Notes: a model not told the origin generated them from the letters alone. A stretch of DNA of 64,000 bases from Candidatus Amesbacteria bacterium GW2011_GWC2_45_19 (GCA_001001555.1 LCKS01000004.1:36130-100129), one strand, 5' to 3'. Numbered from the stretch's first letter, positions 27,850 to 38,781 are shown. Translations and numbers: made by a program.

Positions 27850-29262
27850 ATGTCAGAAACTACAACCTCAGAGGTTATGGTGCCAAAACAAGCTGCTGAA
27901 CTGGGATTAGAGTTGGTTTACACGGACGAAAGTTCGCACCCCCCATTTAACGTATTACCCAAAGCGTCTATCGGAATACAGAAAAACGGCGAGAAAGCAG
28001 AATTAATAAAAGTTAGCCCGGAACACGGGCGGGCGACGGCAGATGCCAGGCTATTGTCAACAGTCGTGTGGCGTGACGATTTTGGTATACCTTTTGGGTC
28101 GGTGGATTATAAGGGGAACGTCGTGGATGATGTGGTTATTGATACGGATCAAACCGATAAATTAAGGGTGTGTGGAATTAAAACAGGAAAGGTCACCAGA
28201 AGAATTATTGCGGCCTCTCGGGCCTTGAGAGGAATGGGGTTACCAACTGAGGCCATTTACAGGATGTATAAAATTACCTGGTTTCCCGAAAACGGTCGGC
28301 GGATAAGTCCAGAAGAATGGAGAAAACAACTACTAACAGAGCTTGAATCAGATATCGAATTTGCCAGAGAACAGCTGAGGAATCCCTCAACTTACGGCCA
28401 GAAAAAGGATGAACTAGAGGAGCTTTTGGCAAAAGCTGAAGAAGAGGTCAAATTTGTAAAAGGTTATTTGAAGCAGAATGACAATTTCTATGTTTTTGAA
28501 AGGCATCTACAAACACCGATTAGATTACGAGATATCCCGCACGCCAAGACCAAAAATGACTTTGAAAATCTGGCTAAGCAGAGCATGGAGTGGCTTGACA
28601 AAATTCTAACCAGGAGACAACGAGCGAAAACTCCGGTCTGGAATAAGTTGTTACGTAAATCTAAAGACTTATGTTTTGCGCTTTGGCCCTTTTCAGGAGA
28701 CGAAAAATTTGATTTTAATAACTCGGATCATTTATCTCGAGTGTTTGTTGAGTGGCTACCTGCTCAAATGGGACAATACTTAGCGAGGCTACATAAAAAT
28801 GGCTTGATTCATGGTTTTCCCCACTCACAAAACTGGTCCTTGGGAAGTCTTTACGACTTAGACAGTGTGTATGGCCCTGCGTTGGGAGATAACCCGAGAA
28901 CCGAAGATAATTTTGTAAAGGATGTAGAGATTGCGGCAAGAGCCGTCATGGATATCTTTGCTGTACGGGCCCCAGGTTTTGACTGTGTGGGATTGACGGC
29001 AAGTCACTATCTGGCTCAGACGATTCTTGGGCAAAACAAAGATGAACTGCCTTTGGTAAAAGCTGTAGCTAACTTTGAATACGGCTACTTGGAGGCAAGA
29101 TTTAGGAAAAAGCTGACTCCTGCGAATGTTGATGGGTATGTCAGGAGGTATATGCCCCAAGTAAAGGTCGGCGGAGACGTTGTGAGAAGTTGGGCTGCCG
29201 TAAATGAGAGAATTATTAATTTGATTAAGTCTAAACTTTTGGTCTTGCGGGAGACGGGGTGA
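27850..29262 (+). CDS. hypothetical protein with kinase-like (SelO/YdiU-like) motifs
   Basis: SVDYKG and LARLHKNGLIHGFPHSQNWSLGSLYDLDS; start re-called at ATG 27850 (MSETT). Confidence 0.6.
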   Translation: MSETTTSEVMVPKQAAELGLELVYTDESSHPPFNVLPKASIGIQKNGEKAELIKVSPEHGRATADARLLSTVVWRDDFGIPFGSVDYKGNVVDDVVIDTDQTDKLRVCGIKTGKVTRRIIAASRALRGMGLPTEAIYRMYKITWFPENGRRISPEEWRKQLLTELESDIEFAREQLRNPSTYGQKKDELEELLAKAEEEVKFVKGYLKQNDNFYVFERHLQTPIRLRDIPHAKTKNDFENLAKQSMEWLDKILTRRQRAKTPVWNKLLRKSKDLCFALWPFSGDEKFDFNNSDHLSRVFVEWLPAQMGQYLARLHKNGLIHGFPHSQNWSLGSLYDLDSVYGPALGDNPRTEDNFVKDVEIAARAVMDIFAVRAPGFDCVGLTASHYLAQTILGQNKDELPLVKAVANFEYGYLEARFRKKLTPANVDGYVRRYMPQVKVGGDVVRSWAAVNERIINLIKSKLLVLRETG

Positions 29263-29265
29263 TAT

Positions 29266-30096
29266 TTAAGATCTTTCAAACTCTTCCAGTATTTGTTTTT
29301 GGCGGTGGGAGAGGTGGGTGGGGAAATCGATGATGAGACGGATATAGAAATCGCCGCGGTTGGCTACTCCACGGCCGGCCAGGCGAACCATGGTACCGGG
29401 TTGGGTGCCGGGGCGGATTTTAAGCTTTAAGTCCGCGTCTAAGGTAGGGACACTTGTGGTCCCTCCGAGAATAGCCAGGGTGAAAGGAATTTTGTGGTCT
29501 ATATAGATGTCTGCCCCATCGCGGCGGAAAATTAGATCCGGCTCAACTTCAAAAGTAATATCAAAATCGGTAAAACGCAGATGAGTACCGGTATCAGCGC
29601 CGGCGGGAATTTTAATAGCGTGGGTCCGGCCGTCAATGGTGACGCTTTCGGTACCGCCTGAAACTGCCGTTTTAAAAGGAATGCGCAAAGAATAATGAGG
29701 CTTGGCAGGCCGGCTGCGGCCAAAGGGCGAAGCGCCGCCAAAAAATTGTTCAAATATTTCAAAAGGATCGCCCATGTCCCCGAAAGGATTTTGTCCGCCT
29801 CCAGAAGTTGAATAGTAATATTGGAAAGGGCCTTGCTGTTGCCCGGCAAAGCCGGATCCGCCGGAAAAACCACCGGGCGGAGTGTGGCCGAATTGGTCAT
29901 AAGTTTGCTTCTTTTGAGAGTCGGAAAGAACTTGATAAGCCTCGTTTATTTCTTTGAACTTCTCTTCGGCTTCGGGAGACTTATTTTTGTCCGGGTGCCA
30001 CTGCATGGCCATTTTGCGGTAGGCAGATTTGATCTGGGCATCGGAAGCGCCTTTAGAAACACCTAAAATATCATAATAATCACGCTTAGCGGCCAT
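29266..30096 (-). CDS. dnaJ: DnaJ-class chaperone (type II, no zinc finger)
   Basis: DYYDILGV, HPD, G/F-rich region and C-terminal domain. Confidence 0.93.
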   Translation of the reverse strand: MAAKRDYYDILGVSKGASDAQIKSAYRKMAMQWHPDKNKSPEAEEKFKEINEAYQVLSDSQKKQTYDQFGHTPPGGFSGGSGFAGQQQGPFQYYYSTSGGGQNPFGDMGDPFEIFEQFFGGASPFGRSRPAKPHYSLRIPFKTAVSGGTESVTIDGRTHAIKIPAGADTGTHLRFTDFDITFEVEPDLIFRRDGADIYIDHKIPFTLAILGGTTSVPTLDADLKLKIRPGTQPGTMVRLAGRGVANRGDFYIRLIIDFPTHLSHRQKQILEEFERS

Positions 30097-30130
30097 AGTT
30101 CAGCTTGACATTCTATGCTATTATAAATGT

Positions 30131-30203
30131 TGACAAGTAATTCCCCATGCGTGGGCTGCCGGAATGGTTGCTCGAATATAGCGTGTGGGGTTTTGTCATT
30201 TTT
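30131..30203 (+). ncRNA. candidate DUF3800-associated structured RNA
   Basis: Stems tgacaa/ttgtca and ccccatgcg/cgtgtgggg (G-U pairs form only on the + strand), inner gggctgcc/ggttgctc, U-tract; extended -10 TGcTATTAT at 30116-30124. Confidence 0.55.
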
Positions 30204-30211
30204 ACGGAACT

Positions 30212-30847
30212 TCAAGCAAACAGAGAGCTTTCTCCGATAATCAGGGACTTAATAATATCATAGTAACTGCTGTCTCCATATTCGTACTTTCTAAAAATTG
30301 ACCAGCTAATAAAATCGGTCGCTTGTAAAGACTTCTCTTCGTGGGGAGTTTTTATTATTACCTGTAGTTTGTGTTTATGATTCACCTTGATCTTATCAGC
30401 CAGGTACGATTTGAAATTTTCGTTCAAAAAACGATTTGTTTCCTTTCTGGAAGCTATCAGTGTTAAATTGTCCAGAGGAACTAACTTATTTTCATAAATT
30501 CTATTCAATAGGATATTAGTTACATAGTTGTACAAGACACTCTTCTCTTCTTGAAGTTTGGTATAAACTTTCTTCTTGTTTAGATATATAACCATAATTT
30601 GGCAGTCTCTGCCTGCCAATTCCCGAAGTAATCGGAATCTGGTTGTGGGCGACTCTTTATGACAATGAAGCACTCCGCTTTTCTTTTTGTGAATTTTTTT
30701 AAGTCCCGTATGAATTTTTGATACTAATTTTTCAATTAGGCGTTTTTCCTTGCAAAATAGAAATGTGACCAAAAACCATTGAGTGGTTCTCTTTTTGCTA
30801 AAGTCAAAACCTAAGTCTCCACTCTCATCCATGAATATATACGCCAT
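30212..30847 (-). CDS. DUF3800 domain protein
   Basis: MAYIFMDESGDLG at the N-terminus and LQATDFISW near the C-terminus; start re-called at ATG 30847. Confidence 0.85.
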   Translation of the reverse strand: MAYIFMDESGDLGFDFSKKRTTQWFLVTFLFCKEKRLIEKLVSKIHTGLKKIHKKKSGVLHCHKESPTTRFRLLRELAGRDCQIMVIYLNKKKVYTKLQEEKSVLYNYVTNILLNRIYENKLVPLDNLTLIASRKETNRFLNENFKSYLADKIKVNHKHKLQVIIKTPHEEKSLQATDFISWSIFRKYEYGDSSYYDIIKSLIIGESSLFA

Positions 30848-30915
30848 CTTACTGGCAATTGTACCCCGCGAGTGCCAAATTGACAAATTTTAAACATTGA
30901 GTAAGATACGAATAT

Positions 30916-31113
30916 ATGAGTTCTCAAATCGAATATGTGCTAACACGAGAAAGAGGCACTTGGGTTGATTGGTTTGTTCGGATAACATCGGTGGGGTTTT
31001 TGGGTTGGGAGAAAAATCTGGTTTCTAATACATGGGGAATGACATCTGGACCCGATGTTTCTGCGCCCAGAAAATCAGGGAGTTTCTATTGGTGGTTTTT
31101 TGGTCTGGGATGA
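30916..31113 (+). CDS. small hypothetical ORF or gene remnant
   Basis: 65 aa, preceded by a TTGACA...TAAGAT leaderless-type promoter; no recognisable motif. Confidence 0.3.
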   Translation: MSSQIEYVLTRERGTWVDWFVRITSVGFLGWEKNLVSNTWGMTSGPDVSAPRKSGSFYWWFFGLG

Positions 31114-31188
31114 AAGTAGAGATTGTGGAAAAGACCGAAGGTTGATACAATTGAAGAAAGCTAATTGGCTTTATTTTTTTGACCTCTT

Positions 31189-33333
31189 ATGGCTGATGTA
31201 AAGACTACTAACAGGATGGTGCCGTTGGATCGGGTGCGCAACATTGGCATAATTGCCCATATCGACGCCGGAAAGACGACGACAACCGAAAGAATTTTGT
31301 TTTACACCGGGAAAAGTTACAAGATTGGAGATATTGACGAAGGAGACACACAAATGGACTGGATGGAGCAGGAAAGAGAACGAGGAATCACCATTGTTTC
31401 GGCTGCAACTACAACCTTTTGGACAGTAAACGACGCAAATTCTCCAGTGGAGGCGGGGTCGTATCGGATAAATATCATCGACACGCCCGGACACATTGAT
31501 TTTACGGCAGAAGTAGAACGGAGCTTACGGGTATTGGATGGGGCAGTAACTGTTTTGGACGCGGAAGAAACGGTACAGTCGCAGACAGAAACGGTGTGGC
31601 GGCAGGCGGACAAATATAAAGTCCCGCGGATAATTTTTGTGAATAAAGTGGATAAACTGGGAGCCAATTTCGAAGGGACAGTCAAAGCAGTCATCGACAG
31701 GCTAGGGGCCAACCCGGCGGTCATGGCCTATCCCATTGGAGTTGAAAATACTTTCCGGGGGGTAGTTCTACTTTTGGAGCGCAAGGCTTTAATTTGGCAG
31801 GGTGACGAAACCGGGGCCAAATTTGTAGAGGAAGAAGTGCCGGCAGAGATGAAAGAAGTGGTAGAGAAATGGCGCAGCCAGTTAATTGAGCAGATTTCAG
31901 AAACAGACGATGACTTGCTAAATAAATTCCTGGCCGGAGAAGAGCCGAGCATTACGGAGCTAAAAACTGCCCTAAGAAAAGCCACTATTGCCTATAAATT
32001 GGTACCCATATACTCGGGGGCATCACTTCGCAATAAAGGGGTGCAGCCGCTTCTGGACGCAGTGGTGGAGTATCTGCCCTCCCCGGTTGACATTGACCAG
32101 GCAAAGGGAGTCAACCCCAAAACTGGGGGTGAAGAGGTCAGAAAAACTATTAATGAAGAAAAATTCTGCGGGCTGGCGTTTAAGATCCAGACCGACCCGC
32201 ATGTGGGACGGCTGACTTATCTGCGGATTTATTCAGGAAAACTCACGGCCGGGCAGGGAGTGTATAACGCCACCAAAGACAAGGAAGAGCGGATTTCCCG
32301 AATGCTTCTGATGCACGCTAACAAGCGGGAAGAGATAGACGCGGCCTACACGGGAGAGATTGTGGCTCTGGTGGGGCTGCGGGAGACGAGTACAGGACAT
32401 ACTCTATGCGACAAAAGCGCACCAATTGTACTCGAGTCTATTACGTTTTCGGAACCGGTTATTTCTTTAGCTATCGAGCCAAAAACTAAACAGGATCAGG
32501 AAAAGATGGGGTTGGCTCTGAATAAATTATCGGACGAGGATCCAACTTTCCGGATCAAGTCTAACCTGGAAACAGGACAGACGATTATTTCCGGAATGGG
32601 AGAATTGCATTTGGAAATTATCGTGGACCGGATGAAACGGGAGTTTGGAGTGGAAGCGACCACGGGAGCTCCCCAGGTGGCATACAAAGAAACTGTCAGA
32701 AAAGCCGCTGAGGCGGAAGGAAAATATATCCGCCAGTCCGGTGGCCGGGGACAATATGGCCATTGCTGGTTGAGACTTGAACCGTTACCCCGAGGCGCAG
32801 GGTTTGAATTTGAGGACGAGATTAAGGGTGGGGCAATTCCAGCAGAATTCATCCCGGCTATTGAAAAAGGGGTCAAGGAAGCTATGGAAAATGGAGTATT
32901 GGCGGGTTTTCCGGGAGTAGATATGAAAGTCGCCTTATTCGACGGAACTTATCACGATGTGGATTCTTCGGAAATGGCGTTTAAAATTGCCGGTTCAATG
33001 GCGTTTCAACATGGGGTGAAATTGGCCGATCCGTGCCTTTTAGAGCCGATCATGAAGGTGGAAGTGTCCACCCCCGAAGACTATATGGGGGATGTAATTG
33101 GTGACTTGTCCAGCAAGCGGGCGCAGATTTTGGGAACTGACAAGCGGGGGCACTTAACCATTATTAACGCTTTTGTGCCCTTGGCCGAACTATCAGGTTA
33201 TGCTACCAAACTGCGGTCCATGTCCCAAGGCCGGGCCACCTATTATATGGAGCCATCCCACTATGAAGAAGTGCCCAAAAACATCGCCGAGAACATCATT
33301 GCTAAATCTGGTAAAGTGACAGCAAATGCTTAA
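31189..33333 (+). CDS. fusA: elongation factor G
   Basis: [38 protein letters not shown] motifs. Confidence 0.98.
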   Translation: MADVKTTNRMVPLDRVRNIGIIAHIDAGKTTTTERILFYTGKSYKIGDIDEGDTQMDWMEQERERGITIVSAATTTFWTVNDANSPVEAGSYRINIIDTPGHIDFTAEVERSLRVLDGAVTVLDAEETVQSQTETVWRQADKYKVPRIIFVNKVDKLGANFEGTVKAVIDRLGANPAVMAYPIGVENTFRGVVLLLERKALIWQGDETGAKFVEEEVPAEMKEVVEKWRSQLIEQISETDDDLLNKFLAGEEPSITELKTALRKATIAYKLVPIYSGASLRNKGVQPLLDAVVEYLPSPVDIDQAKGVNPKTGGEEVRKTINEEKFCGLAFKIQTDPHVGRLTYLRIYSGKLTAGQGVYNATKDKEERISRMLLMHANKREEIDAAYTGEIVALVGLRETSTGHTLCDKSAPIVLESITFSEPVISLAIEPKTKQDQEKMGLALNKLSDEDPTFRIKSNLETGQTIISGMGELHLEIIVDRMKREFGVEATTGAPQVAYKETVRKAAEAEGKYIRQSGGRGQYGHCWLRLEPLPRGAGFEFEDEIKGGAIPAEFIPAIEKGVKEAMENGVLAGFPGVDMKVALFDGTYHDVDSSEMAFKIAGSMAFQHGVKLADPCLLEPIMKVEVSTPEDYMGDVIGDLSSKRAQILGTDKRGHLTIINAFVPLAELSGYATKLRSMSQGRATYYMEPSHYEEVPKNIAENIIAKSGKVTANA

Positions 33334-33898
33334 GTGGATAATTGGGATATTAATTTTGGTCGGCGGCGGAGTATGGCTGGTGAGCGGGCGGGGCGGTTTG
33401 CCGGGGGAAGCGGTGGCGGATCAGGGAAGAGAACATCGGGACCATGGCAAACTGGATGAGTTTAAATATAACTCTAATCCCCCCGCTTCCGGTCCGCATG
33501 ATGCGGATTGGATACGGCCGGGGGTTTATGGCGAGGCGCAGGATAAATACAAGTTAATCCATTCACTGGAACACGGATATGTGGTCGTGCACTATAACTG
33601 TGCAAAAGCCCTCAGCGCTCAGCCCTCAACGCTCAGTGTGAGCGCACATGAAGATAACGAGGTGGCAACGGATAGTGGAACAATTAAGACTGATTGTGCT
33701 TTGGGCCAACAATTGGCTGATTTTGCCAAGAAAATGGAGTTAAAAAAACTCATTGTCCAACCTAATCCGACGATTGATAAACCAATCATTATGGTGGCCT
33801 GGGACAGGATACTAAAAATGGATACATTTGACGAAAAGCTGGCAGAAAAATTCGTCAAAGCTTTCCGCAATAAAGGCCCGGAAGCAACAATGGAATAA
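33326..33898 (+). CDS. DUF3105 domain membrane-anchored protein
   Basis: N-terminal [25 protein letters not shown] and AW motifs. Confidence 0.85.
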   Translation: MLKWIIGILILVGGGVWLVSGRGGLPGEAVADQGREHRDHGKLDEFKYNSNPPASGPHDADWIRPGVYGEAQDKYKLIHSLEHGYVVVHYNCAKALSAQPSTLSVSAHEDNEVATDSGTIKTDCALGQQLADFAKKMELKKLIVQPNPTIDKPIIMVAWDRILKMDTFDEKLAEKFVKAFRNKGPEATME

Positions 33899-33947
33899 TT
33901 TGGGACTTGCGTAGAAAAATCATTTCGTTTAGAATTGAGGGCATCAT

Positions 33948-35126
33948 ATGGCTACTTTTGTCAGAAATAAACCCCACGTCAATATCGGAACCATTGGTCA
34001 TGTAGATCATGGGAAGACGACTTTGACGTCCGCTATTACCGTGGTGTTGGCCAAAAAAGGGATGGCCACTGCCAAGAGATATAATGAGATCGATTCGGCT
34101 CCGGAAGAAAAGGCCCGGGGAGTGACCATTAACCTGTCCCATCAGGAATACGAAACTGAGAAAAGACACTACGCCCACATTGATGCTCCGGGGCACGCCG
34201 ACTACATCAAGAACATGATTACGGGCGCAGCCCAGATGGACGGGGCCATTTTAGTGGTGTCCGCTCCGGACGGACCCATGCCGCAAACCCGGGAACACAT
34301 TCTGCTGGCCAAACAGGTAAATGTGCCGGCTATTGTGGTCTTTTTGAACAAATGTGACATGGTGGACGACCCGGAGCTATTAGATCTGGTGGAAATGGAA
34401 GTCCGAGAACTATTAACTAAATATGGATTCCCCGGCAATGACGTGCCTATCATCCGCGGGTCGGCATTAAAGGCTACCGAAGGAGACGCCAAAGCGGAAG
34501 AAGCGGTTTTAGAACTTATTAAGAAGGTGGATGAATATATTCCCGACCCGGTGCGCGAACTGGATAAGCCGTTTTTGATGCCGGTAGAGGATGTCTTTTC
34601 TATCAAGGGCCGGGGAACGGTGGTCACGGGCCGGATCGAGCGCGGAAAAGTGAAAATTAACGACACGATTGAAATTGTAGGCATCAAGGCTACCCAGTCT
34701 ACGGTGGTTACGGGCGTGGAAATGTTTAGAAAACAACTGGACGAGGGATTGGCCGGAGACAATGTGGGAATACTGCTAAGGGGAATTGAAAAGGATCAAG
34801 TAGAGAGGGGCCAAGTCTTGGCCAAGCCAGGCACGGTTACTCCACATACTGAATTTGAAGCTGAAGTATACGTTTTGACCAAAGAGGAGGGCGGGCGGCA
34901 CACGTCTTTCTTTTCGGGATACCGGCCCCAGTTCTACATCCGGACCACTGACGTGACCGGCGAAGTGACATTGGCGGCTGGAGTAGAGATGGTCATGCCC
35001 GGAGACAACGCCAAAGTGAAAGTAAAGCTAATTGCTCCGGTAGCTTTGGAAGAGGGACTGCGGTTTGCTATCCGTGAAGGCGGCAAGACCGTGGGTGCAG
35101 GCGCGGTGACCAAGATCATCGCATAA
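33948..35126 (+). CDS. tuf: elongation factor Tu
   Basis: [28 protein letters not shown] motifs. Confidence 0.99.
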   Translation: MATFVRNKPHVNIGTIGHVDHGKTTLTSAITVVLAKKGMATAKRYNEIDSAPEEKARGVTINLSHQEYETEKRHYAHIDAPGHADYIKNMITGAAQMDGAILVVSAPDGPMPQTREHILLAKQVNVPAIVVFLNKCDMVDDPELLDLVEMEVRELLTKYGFPGNDVPIIRGSALKATEGDAKAEEAVLELIKKVDEYIPDPVRELDKPFLMPVEDVFSIKGRGTVVTGRIERGKVKINDTIEIVGIKATQSTVVTGVEMFRKQLDEGLAGDNVGILLRGIEKDQVERGQVLAKPGTVTPHTEFEAEVYVLTKEEGGRHTSFFSGYRPQFYIRTTDVTGEVTLAAGVEMVMPGDNAKVKVKLIAPVALEEGLRFAIREGGKTVGAGAVTKIIA

Positions 35127-35145
35127 AACTTATTAGCACTTTAAT

Positions 35146-35454
35146 ATGGCAAAAGGAAGACTACGAGTCCGGCTGAAGTCTTTTGACCATCGGGTCGTAG
35201 ACGAAACAGCCGCCAAGATACTAGAAACGGCTTTGGCCACTGGGGCTAAAGTATCGGGTCCGGTTCCTTTGCCGACTGACCGAAAATTAATTGTGGTGAC
35301 GTCCTCGCCCCATGTGGACAAAAACGCCCGGGAACACTTTGAGATGCTGGTGCACAAACGCTTGATTGATATTCTGGACCCTACACCCAAAACAATAGAG
35401 TCTCTTTCCAACCTGGAACTGCCGGCGGGAGTGGATATTGAGATCAAGATGTAA
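35146..35454 (+). CDS. rpsJ: 30S ribosomal protein S10
   Basis: GPVPLPT, SPHVDK..REHFE...HKRLIDI. Confidence 0.98.
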   Translation: MAKGRLRVRLKSFDHRVVDETAAKILETALATGAKVSGPVPLPTDRKLIVVTSSPHVDKNAREHFEMLVHKRLIDILDPTPKTIESLSNLELPAGVDIEIKM

Positions 35455-35462
35455 AAAGCCCG

Positions 35463-35780
35463 CTATTCATTCGTGGTTGTTCCATGGCTAATTTTGGCAG
35501 ACCGGATGCGAACTTGATGGGGAGAGACAATAACAATATTTTGGCGATAATTTTTTTCATTTAGTTGTGACAGTAACTGAAAAACTCTTTGATTAATCAA
35601 TTTAATTGATAACTCGTTGGGAAAGCGGAGAACGGCCTTCTTTTGTTGAGCGAAGGAGAATATTTCCGAGTCCGAATAGCCTCGCAAGCCGTGGTCACGG
35701 ATATCGAACACGGTAAAGCCTAGGGACTCAAGAACTGGTTTTAGCGATCGATGGAGGTCCTCGTCAATTACGGCATTCAT
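35463..35780 (-). CDS. DUF5615 PIN-like toxin, apparently with internal deletion
   Basis: IDEDL...LRGYSDSEIF..A; the usual central T.D.DF segment is missing. Confidence 0.72.
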   Translation of the reverse strand: MNAVIDEDLHRSLKPVLESLGFTVFDIRDHGLRGYSDSEIFSFAQQKKAVLRFPNELSIKLINQRVFQLLSQLNEKNYRQNIVIVSPHQVRIRSAKISHGTTTNE

Positions 35781-36010
35781 GCCGATAAAAATCGTTCTGA
35801 AGAGACAATGGCTGCGGCGTATTGGAGCGCGGCCATGACTTGCTCCCGAGTCAAGTCATACTCGCCTCTAACCGCCTCAATTTCCATACCGCCTGCGATT
35901 TTCCCCACTACCAACTCTACTGGTACTCTCGTGCCGGCAATTACCGGTTTACCAAACCGCACCTTAGGATCAACCTTAATCAACTTTTTGAGTTTAGGAG
36001 TCATGCTCAC
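35777..36010 (-). CDS. DUF433 antitoxin
   Basis: DPKVRFGKPVIAGTRVPV...EY.LT.EQV.AAL.YA. Confidence 0.92.
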   Translation of the reverse strand: MSMTPKLKKLIKVDPKVRFGKPVIAGTRVPVELVVGKIAGGMEIEAVRGEYDLTREQVMAALQYAAAIVSSERFLSA

Positions 36011-36067
36011 TGTGAGAATACAGGGCGCATACTGCGGATAACGTAAGTGCGGACGGCGAACTTTAGA

Positions 36068-36090
36068 AAGTGCTTTCCGGCACTTTTTTT
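36068..36090 (+). terminator. hairpin plus U-tract immediately upstream of rplC
   Basis: aaagtgc-tttccg-gcacttt-tttt. Confidence 0.5.
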
Positions 36091-36096
36091 GTGCAT

Positions 36097-36627
36097 ATGT
36101 TGAATACTATTTTTGCCAAAAAAAAGGAAATGACCATGAGATATACCTCCGATGGAAGGCAGGCGGGGGTAACTTTGCTTTCCATATTACCCACGACTGA
36201 TGCCGGGACACGTACTGTTGAAAAACACGGGTATGCCGCCCAAATTCTTAAAATTCAAATGACAAATAACAAATATCAAATAAAAGAAGTCCGCAACGTA
36301 AAAGAGGCGGACTTTTTAGTTGGGGATGTAGTGAAAGTAAGAGGAGTGTCTAAGGGCAAAGGGTTTGCCGGGGTGGTAAAAAGACACGGATTTGCCGGCG
36401 GACCCAGAACCCACGGCCAATCTGACCGCGAAAGAGCTCCCGGATCCATCGGACAAACGACCACTCCGGGACGGGTGTACCGGGGAAAGAGAATGGCGGG
36501 CAGAATGGGTGGAGAAACTGTGACCACAAAGGGGCTCAAAGTTTTGGATATTAACGAAAAAGAGATAGCGATTATTGGAGCGATACCGGGACACCGAGGA
36601 ACGCTGGTCAGGATTACAAAAATATGA
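36097..36627 (+). CDS. rplC: 50S ribosomal protein L3 (short)
   Basis: SKGKGFAGVVKRHGF, RAPGSIG, GKRMAGRMG; ATG at 36097. Confidence 0.96.
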   Translation: MLNTIFAKKKEMTMRYTSDGRQAGVTLLSILPTTDAGTRTVEKHGYAAQILKIQMTNNKYQIKEVRNVKEADFLVGDVVKVRGVSKGKGFAGVVKRHGFAGGPRTHGQSDRERAPGSIGQTTTPGRVYRGKRMAGRMGGETVTTKGLKVLDINEKEIAIIGAIPGHRGTLVRITKI

Positions 36628-37238
36628 TTTCAGCTGTAACATACAACTTGAAGGGAGAAAAGGTTGAGTCAACTTCCCTGCCTGGTTCTATTTTTGAAAT
36701 TAAGGTCAAACCAGTTTTGCTGGCTCAAGCGGTACGGGTGTGGCTGTCTAACCAGCGGCGGGGAATGGCAAAAACCAAGACCCGAAGTGAGGTAGCCAAA
36801 ACAACGGCCAAAATGTATAGGCAAAAAGGCACAGGCCGGGCCAGACATGGATCTTATGCGGCTCCAATTTTCGTGGGGGGAGGCATAGCCCACGGTCCGT
36901 CAGGGAAACAAAACTACAAATTGAGCCTGCCGGCAAAAATGCGCCGGCTGGCCCTACTGGGAGCGTTGTCTGTCAAGGCTAAGGCCAAAGAGATACTAAT
37001 TGTTGAGGGAGTGGATAAGGCATTGGGGAAAACCAAACAATTAGCTTGGCTCCCCGCAGGCAAGAAACTGGTAATAATGGAGGGCGGCCAGACAAAATTC
37101 AAGCGGGCAATTCGCAATCTGGAACAAACCAGCGTCAGGGGACCGGAGAGCCTGTCGGCGTATGAGGTGTTGGCACACAAACAATTGGTTTTGACCAAAG
37201 AAGTTATTTCGAGCATTAAGAAAATATATGCTGCTTAA
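36624..37238 (+). CDS. rplD: 50S ribosomal protein L4
   Basis: TKTRSEV, RQKGTGRARHGS. Confidence 0.97.
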   Translation: MISAVTYNLKGEKVESTSLPGSIFEIKVKPVLLAQAVRVWLSNQRRGMAKTKTRSEVAKTTAKMYRQKGTGRARHGSYAAPIFVGGGIAHGPSGKQNYKLSLPAKMRRLALLGALSVKAKAKEILIVEGVDKALGKTKQLAWLPAGKKLVIMEGGQTKFKRAIRNLEQTSVRGPESLSAYEVLAHKQLVLTKEVISSIKKIYAA

Positions 37239-37455
37239 AGCCATCATCACGGAAAAGTCTATGCGGGAAGCCCAAAACAAAAGATATACTTTTGGGGTGA
37301 CTCCGGCAGCCACCAAGTCGGGGATAAAAAGGACTGTAGAAAAGATGTTTGGAGTAAAAGTGTTAAGAGTGCACACCTTGCGGTCAGGCGGCAAAAAAAA
37401 GGCGATCGTGCAGATTAATTCCCAGCAAAGCATTGACTTATGGAAAAGAGATTAA
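37228..37455 (+). CDS. rplW: 50S ribosomal protein L23
   Basis: ITEKS, YTF, FGVKV, KKAIV; operon position. Confidence 0.93.
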   Translation: MLLKAIITEKSMREAQNKRYTFGVTPAATKSGIKRTVEKMFGVKVLRVHTLRSGGKKKAIVQINSQQSIDLWKRD

Positions 37456-38180
37456 CCTGGACATTACCAAAGAAGTCCGGCCGGAATGCTACCGGAGTAG
37501 TGACCACCCGGCACCAGGGGGCCAGAGAGAAAAGACGCTACCGGGAAATTGACTGGAAACGGGATAAGCGAGACATGCCGGCCCGGGTGGTGGCTGTTGA
37601 ATACGATCCCAATCGCACGGCAGATTTGGCTCTAGTTCAATATGCGGATGGAGAAAAAAGATATATCCTGGCACCTGAAACTCTCCGCGTGGGTCAGAAA
37701 GTAATGAGTGGTGAGTCAGCCCCCCTGACTGTCGGAAGCGCGTTGCCACTGAAGGCAATCCCGGTAGGAACCATGATCCATTGCCTGGAGCTGGCTATCG
37801 GCCGGGGAGCAAAGCTGGTACGCGGGGCGGGGGGGGCTGCCATGATTCAGGGTTTCGAAGGGCCGTGGGCTCTGGTAAAATTGCCGTCGGGTGAGATCCG
37901 GCGCATCGGAGCCGGCGCGTATGCCACTATCGGGCAGGTCGGTAATCCGGATTGGAAGAACGTAAACCTAGGTCTGGCGGGAAGAAAAAGGCATATGGGA
38001 ATCAGGCCAACCGTCCGGGGAACAGCCCAAAATCCCAGGTCTCATCCGCACGGCGGCGGGGAGGGACGGTCTGGTGAAGGCATGCATCCTAAAACACCGT
38101 GGGGCAAGTCTGCCCGGGGAAACAGGACCAGAAACAAGTCTAAATATTCGCACAAAATGATTGTGCAAAGACGCAAATGA
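37440..38180 (+). CDS. rplB: 50S ribosomal protein L2
   Basis: [22 protein letters not shown] motifs. Confidence 0.97.
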   Translation: MEKRLTWTLPKKSGRNATGVVTTRHQGAREKRRYREIDWKRDKRDMPARVVAVEYDPNRTADLALVQYADGEKRYILAPETLRVGQKVMSGESAPLTVGSALPLKAIPVGTMIHCLELAIGRGAKLVRGAGGAAMIQGFEGPWALVKLPSGEIRRIGAGAYATIGQVGNPDWKNVNLGLAGRKRHMGIRPTVRGTAQNPRSHPHGGGEGRSGEGMHPKTPWGKSARGNRTRNKSKYSHKMIVQRRK

Positions 38181-38431
38181 AAGCACCATATCTGGATCAA
38201 AAATTAATGGCCAAAGTGGGCAAAAAAATTAATCCCATCAAGACCTGGGCCAGAAATAGTCAGATTCCCCCAGAATTTGTGGGGACGACTTTTCGGGTGC
38301 ATAACGGACATAAATTTGTGGACGTGTTTGTAAATGAATCAATGGTGGGGCACCGCTTGGGAGAATTTGCTCCCACCCGGACATTTCGTGGCCATGGAGC
38401 AATAGTTAAAAGAACTATGGAGAAAACATGA
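38177..38431 (+). CDS. rpsS: 30S ribosomal protein S19
   Basis: [23 protein letters not shown]. Confidence 0.97.
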   Translation: MKAPYLDQKLMAKVGKKINPIKTWARNSQIPPEFVGTTFRVHNGHKFVDVFVNESMVGHRLGEFAPTRTFRGHGAIVKRTMEKT

Positions 38432-38781
38432 TAATTAAGGCCAAAGCCAGTTCTGTAATGACCAGCCCGCGGAAATTGCGGCTGGTGGCTAACGCCGTGC
38501 GAGGGCTATCCCCCAAGGTTGCCATTGACCAGCTAAGATTGCTGCCCAAGAGAGCAGCCAGGGTCTTACTGGCCGTGTTTGAGCAAGCTATGGGTAACGC
38601 CAAAAATAACTTTAAGATGTCACCGGAAAATCTAAAAATTAAATCTCTACAAATTAACGATGGTCCGCGGGGACCAAAGCGGATGGACCGATCCCATGGA
38701 GCCAGGTTTGACAGAGGTGTCAAGAGGCGTAAGTATGCACATATTAACCTAGAGTTGGAGGAGGAAATACATGGGAAATAA
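38428..38781 (+). CDS. rplV: 50S ribosomal protein L22
   Basis: [12 protein letters not shown]; operon position. Confidence 0.95.
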   Translation: MIIKAKASSVMTSPRKLRLVANAVRGLSPKVAIDQLRLLPKRAARVLLAVFEQAMGNAKNNFKMSPENLKIKSLQINDGPRGPKRMDRSHGARFDRGVKRRKYAHINLELEEEIHGK

